Made by a program: the position numbers and the translations under genes. Below the pieces are notes generated by a model. The model had not been told where the DNA came from, did no database searches, and was given only the letters and a program-made list of their open reading frames with translations. From Actinomycetota bacterium (GTDB lineage: Bacteria > Actinomycetota > Geothermincolia > Fen-727 > Anoxymicrobiaceae), in the NCBI GenBank assembly GCA_020062425.1, contig JAGUWJ010000022.1:1-63142 (forward strand): 63,142 nt of DNA. The letters run 5' to 3'. This document shows positions 52,000 to 59,056 of the stretch, in pieces. The stretch's first letter is position 1. Every line of letters begins with the position of its first letter.

Positions 52000-52126
52000 A
52001 CACCTGGCGGTAGAAACGGACTTCCTGGTCCTCTGTCTCAGGTGGGACGAATACGTCACCGCCGAGGACTGTCAGGAATGCCCCGACTACTCGGAAGTCA
52101 CGGAGGAGGTGGCCCGTGAGAACTGA
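51989..52126 (+). CDS. hypothetical 45-aa Cys-containing protein
   Basis: ATG 51989 overlaps the erf end. MACKHLAVETDFLVLCLRWDEYVTAEDCQEC... Confidence 0.4.
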   Translation: MACKHLAVETDFLVLCLRWDEYVTAEDCQECPDYSEVTEEVAREN

Positions 52127-52457
52127 GGTTACCCGGCTGGTGGCGACCATGGTTGGATACCGAGGGTACGACCGGCGGATAGCAGGCGCGGACCTCGCCG
52201 CCAAGCTGGGAATAAGCGAGCGCGAGCTCAGGGATGTCGTCAACGCCGCCCTGGATAACGGGCACCCCATCGTCGCGCTGTTCGAGGGCGGCTACTACTA
52301 TGCCATGAGAAGGGAGGAGATCGAGCACCCCGTCCGCCAGCTCCGCTCCATGAGCAAGAAACTGAAGGAGAAGGCCGACAGGATGGAGGCGGCGGCGGAG
52401 AAAGTGTTCGGGCCCCCCACCCTTTTCGGAGGGGGTGGTGGTCTTGCCGAGGGATAG
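52116..52457 (+). CDS. hypothetical winged-helix-like phage protein
   Basis: GTG start. ADLAAKLGISERELRDVVNAALDNGHPI looks like a wHTH. Confidence 0.5.
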   Translation: MRTEVTRLVATMVGYRGYDRRIAGADLAAKLGISERELRDVVNAALDNGHPIVALFEGGYYYAMRREEIEHPVRQLRSMSKKLKEKADRMEAAAEKVFGPPTLFGGGGGLAEG

Positions 52458-53451
52458 GAGGATGGTGTCCCGGTCCCTGTTCACCTCCAAGAAGGTCTAC
52501 CAGGTGACCGACAGCGAGGCCGCGCTCTTCGTGGGGCTAGTTGTGGAGGCAGACGATGAAGGCCGGGGCGAGGGTGAACCCTTCGCCCTTCGCCTTAAGT
52601 TTGCGAACCGCACCTGGAGCGACACGAAGCTTGAGACGATGCTGAAGCACCTGGACGAGGTCGGCCTTATCTGGTGGTACAAGAACGGCCAGGGGACCTA
52701 TTACGAGGTGGTGGACTTCATGAAGCACCAGCGCGGTTCATGGCACGGGAAGTGTGCGGTCCCTTCGGAAATTCCTTCTCCAGGGAACCCGGAAAGCACC
52801 CTGGTCAACCATGAACGGTGTAGCGCTACACCGGAGGCGGTGGAGCACTCCACCACGAGTGGTCCTAATAGAACTAAAGGGAAGGGAATAGAAGATAATA
52901 TATACCCCTCGCCTGCCGGCTCGGGCAAGTTTGAATACCCGCAAGAATTCGAGGACTTCTGGAGCGCTTACCCGCGCAGGGTCGAAAAGCGCAAGGCCTA
53001 CCGGCTGTGGCTCGCCCACGTGCAGGACGGCGTGAAACCCGCAGACCTGGCGAAGGCCGCCGGCGAATACAGCCGCGAGACGAAAGACCGAGAGTCCGAG
53101 CACATCAAGCACCCTTCCACCTTTTTAGCCAAGCGTGACCGACCTTTCGAGGACTACATCGAGAAGGCCGGCGCCAATGCCAAAAAGGTGGAAGCAGACA
53201 AGAAAGCCGTGGAAAAGGTCCAGGAGCGGCTGGAGCAACGTCCGGAGGAGAAACTCACCCCGGACCAGGCCCAGGCCAAGGTTGAGAACCTGGAGAAGGC
53301 GGCGAGGCAGGCGACTGGCCCCGCGCGCGAGCGGCTCCACGGGCTTGCTCAGAGCATCGCGGAAAAGTACTCGATACCCCGAGCAGTTGAGGACAACGGG
53401 AGAAGGGAAGCGCTCGGTGAGTTGAGGCCCAGCGCAGAGATGGGAGGGTGA
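52435..53451 (+). CDS. phage replication / replisome-organiser-like protein
   Basis: An N-terminal replisome-organiser-like segment (FVGLVVEADDEGRGE..., LDEVGLIWWY). A central FEDFWSAYPRRVEKRKAYRLW motif common in phage replication proteins. The start is uncertain (52435-52462). Confidence 0.55.
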   Translation: MVVLPRDRRMVSRSLFTSKKVYQVTDSEAALFVGLVVEADDEGRGEGEPFALRLKFANRTWSDTKLETMLKHLDEVGLIWWYKNGQGTYYEVVDFMKHQRGSWHGKCAVPSEIPSPGNPESTLVNHERCSATPEAVEHSTTSGPNRTKGKGIEDNIYPSPAGSGKFEYPQEFEDFWSAYPRRVEKRKAYRLWLAHVQDGVKPADLAKAAGEYSRETKDRESEHIKHPSTFLAKRDRPFEDYIEKAGANAKKVEADKKAVEKVQERLEQRPEEKLTPDQAQAKVENLEKAARQATGPARERLHGLAQSIAEKYSIPRAVEDNGRREALGELRPSAEMGG

Positions 53452-53456
53452 GAACA

Positions 53457-53822
53457 ATGAGCTTCAAGAGAGACGATGCTCCGCCGGCCCCTTCATATTG
53501 GCGCGTGGTCACTCCGCGCATGGAGGGCATTAGCACCTGGGAAGAGGGTCTGCGGCTGGTCCTTGACGACCTCGAGGACCTCATGGTCCGCAAGCACAAC
53601 GACTACGGCCCTGGGAACATCGACGCCCTGGGCGAGCGCGGCATATTCGTCCGGGTCTGGGACAAGGTGAACAGGCTGAAGAGGCTGGTCTGGGAAGGGC
53701 GGAAGGCAAGGGTCGACGAGACGACAGAAGATACCTGGAAGGACTTGGCCAACTACGGGATTATCGCGCTCATGGTGGAGCGGGGATACTGGGACCTCCC
53801 CTTCGGTGGTGATGCGGAGTGA
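53457..53822 (+). CDS. DUF1599-like (nucleotide-modification-associated, MazG-like all-alpha) protein
   Basis: RKHNDYGPGNI...GIFVRVWDKVNRLKRL...DTWKDLANYGIIAL matches the DUF1599 pattern as I recall it. ATG 53457 lies 8 nt after GGGAGGG. Confidence 0.55.
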   Translation: MSFKRDDAPPAPSYWRVVTPRMEGISTWEEGLRLVLDDLEDLMVRKHNDYGPGNIDALGERGIFVRVWDKVNRLKRLVWEGRKARVDETTEDTWKDLANYGIIALMVERGYWDLPFGGDAE

Positions 53823-54175
53823 AGAGAATCTATATCTCGGCGCCCTACCGTGGGAACGGTGACTCATTCAGAGTCCAGCAGAACATCGAGAGGGCGAAGA
53901 AGCTGGGCCGGTCATACGTGGAGAATGGCTTCATTCCATTTGTCCCGCACCTGGCACAGGGATACTTCGAGAACACTTCCTGGGAGGCCGGCAACGCGCT
54001 TTACTACTGCCTGAAATGGCTGGAGGTGTGCGACGAGCTCCACTACTTCGGGACCCCGACTGAGGGGATGAAGGACGAGATCAGATACGCGAACGGCATG
54101 GGAATCAAGGTGGTGCAGAAGCCATGGCCCCCTGGACTCCAGCGGGGACAGGTCAATCCGAAGGGGGGGGTGTGA
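53819..54175 (+). CDS. nucleoside 2-deoxyribosyltransferase-like (DUF4406-type) protein
   Basis: GTG start overlaps the previous stop. IYISAPYRG...N...A...G..PFVPH pattern of the flavodoxin-like NDT fold. Confidence 0.55.
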   Translation: MKRIYISAPYRGNGDSFRVQQNIERAKKLGRSYVENGFIPFVPHLAQGYFENTSWEAGNALYYCLKWLEVCDELHYFGTPTEGMKDEIRYANGMGIKVVQKPWPPGLQRGQVNPKGGV

Positions 54176-54176
54176 T

Positions 54177-54488
54177 GTGGGCTGGGTGCAGATAGATACC
54201 TACCTTGAGCGGGACGAGAGTTTATACGAGCAGGCCTACGGGCCCACGGATACGAGGACCATCATCCCCCGGGCCCGAGAATGCGAAGTGTGCAGGGACC
54301 CCACACCTTTCTACATATCGGGGTCCCTTTGCGAGCCGTGCGCGGCTCTGGAGCGCCTTTGCCTGGACTGTGGAACCGACATATCCCACATGAACACGAA
54401 CACCCGGAGGTGTCCCGCGTGTAGGCGGATATGGAGGCACTCACCGCTCAGGCTGGAGATGAAGGAAAGAAAGGCGGTGAACAGTTGA
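54177..54488 (+). CDS. hypothetical Cys-rich zinc-ribbon protein
   Basis: CEVC...CEPC...CLDC...CPAC pairs. GTG start. Confidence 0.5.
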   Translation: MGWVQIDTYLERDESLYEQAYGPTDTRTIIPRARECEVCRDPTPFYISGSLCEPCAALERLCLDCGTDISHMNTNTRRCPACRRIWRHSPLRLEMKERKAVNS

Positions 54489-54796
54489 AGCACAAGCGGT
54501 GCGGATTGTGCGGCCTGGAGCTTGTAGAGGAAAACGGAAAGTACCACAAGGACTGTGGTACGGCCTTCAAGAAACTGGCGGACCGGATGCGCCGGCGCCG
54601 TGGCCACGGAGACTATCGGCACCCGGACTACCTGGCGCTGGAGTCAGTCGCCGAGGAGGTCCAAGACCTACTGGTGAACCGGAGCGTGCACGAATTGAAG
54701 GAAGCTTTCGGGGACAAGACTCCCGTAGTCGAGGAGCTCCTAATTTCGGTGCACCTGAAGATGAAGGAGTTAGGGTGGAGGGGTTTGTACGCTTGA
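54485..54796 (+). CDS. hypothetical protein with an N-terminal CxxC...C motif
   Basis: TTG 54485 overlaps the previous stop (TTGA). The ORF opens at 54431. KRCGLCGLELVEENGKYHKDCG. Confidence 0.45.
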   Translation: MKHKRCGLCGLELVEENGKYHKDCGTAFKKLADRMRRRRGHGDYRHPDYLALESVAEEVQDLLVNRSVHELKEAFGDKTPVVEELLISVHLKMKELGWRGLYA

Positions 54797-55038
54797 GGCA
54801 ACTCTTCGGGGAGCTGTTCCTCGACGGGTATGAAGGAGAGCGAGACAACGAGCTGGAGAAGCTCGGGATAAAGATACCCCATAACGACCTGGGGTTGAGG
54901 GTCAGGGACCCGGTCGCCTACAGGCTCTATGAAGAGCTGGACCGAAGGTGCTTGAACCTGGCCAGAGAGTACGAGTACCTCCGGGCGAAAGCATATCGCC
55001 CAGGAGAGTACGTCGAGTTACAGAGGGAGGTTTCATGA
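54793..55038 (+). CDS. hypothetical phage protein
   Basis: TTG 54793 overlaps the previous stop. The 3' part of ORF 54499-55038. No family recognised. Confidence 0.4.
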   Translation: MRQLFGELFLDGYEGERDNELEKLGIKIPHNDLGLRVRDPVAYRLYEELDRRCLNLAREYEYLRAKAYRPGEYVELQREVS

Positions 55039-55631
55039 AGCGAAAACAGAGAGAGCGCCGGGGGTCTATCACGCTTTGCTGTGTAGGCGTGGGCGCGATA
55101 GTCCTGGCCACGGCGCTCGGAGTGTTAGCGTATCAGGAGCAGGGGCCCGGCACAAAACAGAATAGTACGGACGTAGCCAGAGTACCCGCCGAGTCCCTGC
55201 TTGCTGATGATGGATACCCGGCCATGGAGAAGGCCAAGTGGGATTACATCATATCCCAGGTGGTCAGGCTCAAGACCATCGAGAAGGTCGACGGCTACCT
55301 GTCGCGCAAGGGTTCACCGCTTGCCGGCACCGGTGCGAAGTGGCTGGAGTGCTCCGAGCGGTACGGCATCCCTTACTCACTCGCTATCGGAATCATGGGA
55401 TGGGAGAGCGCTATGGGCCGACAATGTTTCAGACCTATGAACGCCGGCGGCCTGATGCAGTACAGCGGGTTCGGGTCGTGGCAGGACTACATCGAAGCGC
55501 AGTACGGCTTTCTCGCGCAACACTTTGGCCAGCCACGGGTAGCGGAGGACTGTCCTGGCTACTGCGAGGGGACGCCGCAGAGCTGGCTCAATGGGGTGAA
55601 CGGAATCAGGAGGGAGGTGGAGTCGCTATGA
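55035..55631 (+). CDS. membrane-anchored peptidoglycan hydrolase-like protein (glucosaminidase/lysozyme-type motif)
   Basis: ATGA junction. An N-terminal TM helix (ITLCCVGVGAIVLATALGVLAY). AIGIMGWESAMG resembles the xESGWG motif of FlgJ-type glucosaminidases. Confidence 0.5.
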   Translation: MKRKQRERRGSITLCCVGVGAIVLATALGVLAYQEQGPGTKQNSTDVARVPAESLLADDGYPAMEKAKWDYIISQVVRLKTIEKVDGYLSRKGSPLAGTGAKWLECSERYGIPYSLAIGIMGWESAMGRQCFRPMNAGGLMQYSGFGSWQDYIEAQYGFLAQHFGQPRVAEDCPGYCEGTPQSWLNGVNGIRREVESL

Positions 55632-55789
55632 ACGGAATCGAGGTGGCGTGTCTGGTGCTGCTCGCGGCTCTCGGCATCACGGGGAACGTGTTGTACCTCA
55701 TAGAGGGGCGGCGGAGAAGGGAGGCCGAGGCCTTGGCCGACTACTTAGCGGAGAAGTGGGTGCGCAGTTTGAGGGAGGGGGAGGCGTGA
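55628..55789 (+). CDS. 53-aa single-TM protein (holin-like?)
   Basis: ATGA junction. MNGIEVACLVLLAALGITGNVLYLI followed by a charged tail. Confidence 0.45.
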   Translation: MNGIEVACLVLLAALGITGNVLYLIEGRRRREAEALADYLAEKWVRSLREGEA

Positions 55790-55790
55790 G

Positions 55791-56150
55791 ATGAGCGTGT
55801 GTGATGAAGGTTGGGACACGGGTGAGCCAACTTACGGCCAATGTCCTGCTCTGGAGTTCGACGAACATCTAGCGTGGTGTGCGCTCGGTTATTTCCCTAT
55901 CACGGCGGCATGGAACAAGCCCACCACCTGCCCCTTCGCCTCCATCCTCCGCGCCCTACCCACCGCCGAAATCCACTACGAGGAAGTGGAGGGCTGGGAC
56001 ACTTGGGTGGTCAGCGTCAAGAAGCCCGACACCTGTCCCACCTGCGGAGGGAAGGAACGGAATCCCCACGCTGAAGTTAACGTGGTAACGGGCGAATCAG
56101 AAGATGAAGCGTGTCCGACTTGTGGCAAGTGGCAACGAAAGGGGGAGTGA
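55791..56150 (+). CDS. hypothetical Cys-rich protein with a C-terminal zinc ribbon
   Basis: CPTCGG...CPTCG pairs. 119 aa. Confidence 0.5.
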   Translation: MSVCDEGWDTGEPTYGQCPALEFDEHLAWCALGYFPITAAWNKPTTCPFASILRALPTAEIHYEEVEGWDTWVVSVKKPDTCPTCGGKERNPHAEVNVVTGESEDEACPTCGKWQRKGE

Positions 56151-56278
56151 TGGGTAAGTGTAAATTCGCCGAGTCGGTTATCTATTGTCACCTAAAGGAT
56201 GAATACACCGACCCGTCAGATTGTAAGACTTGCGAGGAGTACTGTACCGCCGGTGGTAAGGCACGAAAGGAGAAGTGA
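56150..56278 (+). CDS. hypothetical 42-aa Cys-rich micro-protein
   Basis: The ATG overlaps the previous stop. MGKCKFAESVIYCHLKDEYTDPSDCKTCEEYCTAGGKARKEK. Below the ORF-track cutoff. Confidence 0.4.
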   Translation: MGKCKFAESVIYCHLKDEYTDPSDCKTCEEYCTAGGKARKEK

Positions 56279-56510
56279 CTTCGCGACCAGGTTGACCGCG
56301 ACGAATTCCGCGCGTAATCTCAAGGTGAGTCATAGTCGAAGCCCCCGCCTGGGGGCTTCACCCTTTCGCCACCCCAACGGTGACAGGGACCTTCTCACTT
56401 GCTGAAGGCCGGGCACGTACCAGCCCGGCCAAAGAACACAATCGTTGCGCCCCCTCGCAACGTCGGAAGAGCGGGGGCCCCAGGTCCCCGCCTTCCACCT
56501 TAAAGGAACC

Positions 56511-56753
56511 ATGAAGCGCTGTAACTTCTGCGGACGCCGTGCCCAGACACATCACATATTCACGCGGGGCGCCCATGGGAAAGCGGCGCTGGTCCCGGAG
56601 AACGAGATCGACTTGTGCATCAAACATCATGCGGAGGCTCACAGCCTGGGGAGGGAAACATGGGCGAGGAAGTACGGGCTGACAGAGATGGTGAGAACGG
56701 CGAGAGAAGCAGTACGAAAGAAGGAGATAGCCTCCAGTTCCAGGCGAGCATAG
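56511..56753 (+). CDS. HNH endonuclease
   Basis: CNFCGRR...HHIF...NEIDLCIKHHAEAH fits the HNH beta-beta-alpha-metal motif. ATG follows AAAGGAACC. Confidence 0.7.
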   Translation: MKRCNFCGRRAQTHHIFTRGAHGKAALVPENEIDLCIKHHAEAHSLGRETWARKYGLTEMVRTAREAVRKKEIASSSRRA

Positions 56754-56907
56754 CGCCCACATCAACGGCGATAAAGTTCGACGGCGCCGGCGGGGGAGCG
56801 AGGGTACAACTGGACCTCCCAGAGAGCCAATACAGGGAGGCCTTGGTCCTGACAAGCTACAGGGGGATGCTCCTAAATGTGACGGTGGAAGTGGACGAAA
56901 ACAGCCC

Positions 56908-56937
56908 TTGACAAACTTTTGCTAGCTTTGCTAAAAT
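56908..56937 (+). promoter_or_regulatory. candidate promoter TTGACA-18-TAAAAT ahead of the packaging/late genes
   Basis: TTGACA at 56908-56913 and TAAAAT at 56932-56937. The spacer contains the direct repeat TTGCTA-GC-TTTGCTA. Confidence 0.45.
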
Positions 56938-56973
56938 ATAAGCAAGGCAAGCAAGAGGAAGGAGGGGGCGCAC

Positions 56974-57285
56974 GTGACAGACTACCGAGAGGCCGCACTG
57001 AAGGCCTGGGCTACAAGACTCGCCGAGATGGAAGAGGAGGACTACCAGGCGCTGGTCCTGAAGAGGCTCGACCGCGAAGAGAAGGCGTCGAGCGCATATT
57101 TCAGAAGCGTCATAGTGAACGACTGTGGCGGTGTCAAGGACGAGGACTACGAAAGCATCCCCGTCTGGGCGCGGAGGCGAAACGGAACGACCCTGGACGA
57201 CCTGATAGAGGTTGCTACCAGGCACGGCTACTACTGCGAAACAGCCAACGATGTATACCAGGTCCTCCAGGAGGTGTCGCCGTGA
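56974..57285 (+). CDS. hypothetical phage protein
   Basis: GTG follows GAGGAAGGAGGGGG. 103 aa. No family recognised. Confidence 0.55.
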   Translation: MTDYREAALKAWATRLAEMEEEDYQALVLKRLDREEKASSAYFRSVIVNDCGGVKDEDYESIPVWARRRNGTTLDDLIEVATRHGYYCETANDVYQVLQEVSP

Positions 57286-58073
57286 GCCTTATCTACGAGC
57301 CCAAGGGAAGGGCCGGGGAATATGCACAGCTCGCGCTTAACATCTACCAAGGATGCGGCCACCAGTGCCGCTACTGTTACGTCCAGAAAATGCCAGGACC
57401 CGCAGGCAACACCTGGCACCAAGAACCAAAAGCACGGGACAACCTCATAGACCGACTGTCGAAGGAGCTTAACAGTCGCTCAAAGGCGCTCACAGCCCCC
57501 ATAACGCTTTCGTTCACTTCGGACGCATACCAACCTATAGAAGCAGAGCTAGGACTCACACGGAGGGTTATAACCCTTCTAAAGCACCACGGCCTGAGAG
57601 TGGAGGTTCTCACAAAGGGAGGGGCGCGAGCCTGCCGTGACCTGGACCTGCTCGGGCCAGAGGACGCCATGGCCGCCACTTTGACTTTCACGGACGAGAA
57701 AGACAGCGCCGAGTGGGAACCGGGGGCGGCACCGCCGGCGGAGAGGATGGAGATGCTGGCTCGCGCGAAGGAGCACGGCATCAGGACCTGGGCCAGCTTT
57801 GAACCGGTCATAGACCCGGAGCAGACCTTTCGCCTCATGCGTGAGGTGGCCGGGGTAGTGGACCTGTACAAGGTCGGGAAGATGAATTATCGAGGAGTCC
57901 CGGTTGATTGGGAGGACTTCGCGCACAGAGCTCTCGATCTTCTGCAAGAGCTCGGGGTGGATTACTACATAAAAAAGGACTTGAGGTCATACATTGGGGA
58001 CCGCCGGCCAGAAACAACACGAGCAGATGTACCGGAAGCTCAAGCTCCGGAGGACCCTGCTTCGCTTTTCTGA
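57282..58073 (+). CDS. radical SAM protein (SplB/COG1533-like)
   Basis: The GTG overlaps the previous stop (GTGA). NIYQGCGHQCRYCYV cluster motif. TIM-barrel-length protein of 263 aa. The 384-aa ORF call from 56919 is rejected. Confidence 0.8.
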   Translation: MSLIYEPKGRAGEYAQLALNIYQGCGHQCRYCYVQKMPGPAGNTWHQEPKARDNLIDRLSKELNSRSKALTAPITLSFTSDAYQPIEAELGLTRRVITLLKHHGLRVEVLTKGGARACRDLDLLGPEDAMAATLTFTDEKDSAEWEPGAAPPAERMEMLARAKEHGIRTWASFEPVIDPEQTFRLMREVAGVVDLYKVGKMNYRGVPVDWEDFAHRALDLLQELGVDYYIKKDLRSYIGDRRPETTRADVPEAQAPEDPASLF

Positions 58074-58620
58074 GCCTGGACCCGCATACGTCCCGTTCAT
58101 CGGGGATGGAGATATTGCCGCCGAGCTCTACGGCGGCTTTTCCATATTCGGAGCCGACCTCGACTCCCAGAGAATACAGGCCGCCAGGGAGAGGCTCGCG
58201 GGGGCAACACTTCGGGTCTGGGATTGCAATGCCTGGCCCTTTCCCCGGGCTACCGAACCCTTCACCCTGGCAGACTTCGACGCCTACAGCGAGCCTTACG
58301 CATCGTTCAGGAGCTTCTGGGAACAGGCCCCACACGCAGAGAAGATGGTGCTCTTCTTCACGGACGGGCACCGGCAGGGAATAGTCCGGAGCGGCTCTTG
58401 GACCAGGCCCGACGGCAAGAAGGTCAGGCTCGAAACGACCAACGAGCGGAGAGCGATTTTCAATAAATACTTTGGCAGGTATATCCTCCCTTGGTTCAAG
58501 GAGTACGTGGAACCTTACGAGGTCAAGGTCGTAACGAAATACCTCAGAGGGATGCAGTTATATTGGGGAGCGGTGATCGAGCATGGCGATAGAGAATCCG
58601 TACAAAATGGACGCCAATAA
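58027..58620 (+). CDS. Rossmann-fold methyltransferase-like protein
   Basis: VPFIGDGDIAAELY (motif I-like) and LADFDAYSEPY (D-x-D-P/A-[FY]-type motif IV-like). It overlaps the radical SAM gene end by about 47 nt. Confidence 0.45.
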   Translation: MYRKLKLRRTLLRFSEPGPAYVPFIGDGDIAAELYGGFSIFGADLDSQRIQAARERLAGATLRVWDCNAWPFPRATEPFTLADFDAYSEPYASFRSFWEQAPHAEKMVLFFTDGHRQGIVRSGSWTRPDGKKVRLETTNERRAIFNKYFGRYILPWFKEYVEPYEVKVVTKYLRGMQLYWGAVIEHGDRESVQNGRQ

Positions 58621-59056
58621 AAAGGCGGAGTACCTCGAGCAGTTGCGGGACGGCCTGAACAGGGGCGAGTCCGCCAGGGCCATAGGGGTCAGTCGAATGA
58701 CCGTCTGGGAGCACAGGAAGGACGACCCCGACTTCGACCAGGCCTGCAAGGATGCACAGGACGAGGCGGTAGAAGAGGTCGAGGACGCGCTATATGAGAG
58801 CGCGGTCAACGGAAACGTGACAGCCGCCATCTTCTATCTCAAGAACAGGGCACCAGGACGGTGGAAAGATGTCCAGCAGAGAGAGTACGGCGGTAAAGAC
58901 GGAGGACCTGTCAGGGTCGAAGTTAGTATCGCAGAGCGACTTGAAAGAGCTCGCCAACTGCTCGACGTCGGCGCTGCTCCTGGCGGCGCGGGTCCTGATG
59001 AATCCGCTGATACCGCACGAGCCGACATCGAAACAGGCGAGGTTCCTAACCCTTAG
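58583..59056 (+). CDS. terS: terminase small subunit
   Basis: An N-terminal HTH (GESARAIGVSRMTVWEHRK) and an AAIFYLKNRAPGRWKD motif typical of TerS. Confidence 0.8.
   Translation: MAIENPYKMDANKKAEYLEQLRDGLNRGESARAIGVSRMTVWEHRKDDPDFDQACKDAQDEAVEEVEDALYESAVNGNVTAAIFYLKNRAPGRWKDVQQREYGGKDGGPVRVEVSIAERLERARQLLDVGAAPGGAGPDESADTARADIETGEVPNP

Noticed and set aside
56919-57281. The N-terminal 121 codons of the 384-aa ORF containing the radical SAM domain.
   Set aside because: They overlap the 56974-57285 gene, which has a strong RBS, and they encode Arg/Gly-rich sequence. The radical SAM family begins near the GTG at 57282, which overlaps the upstream stop.
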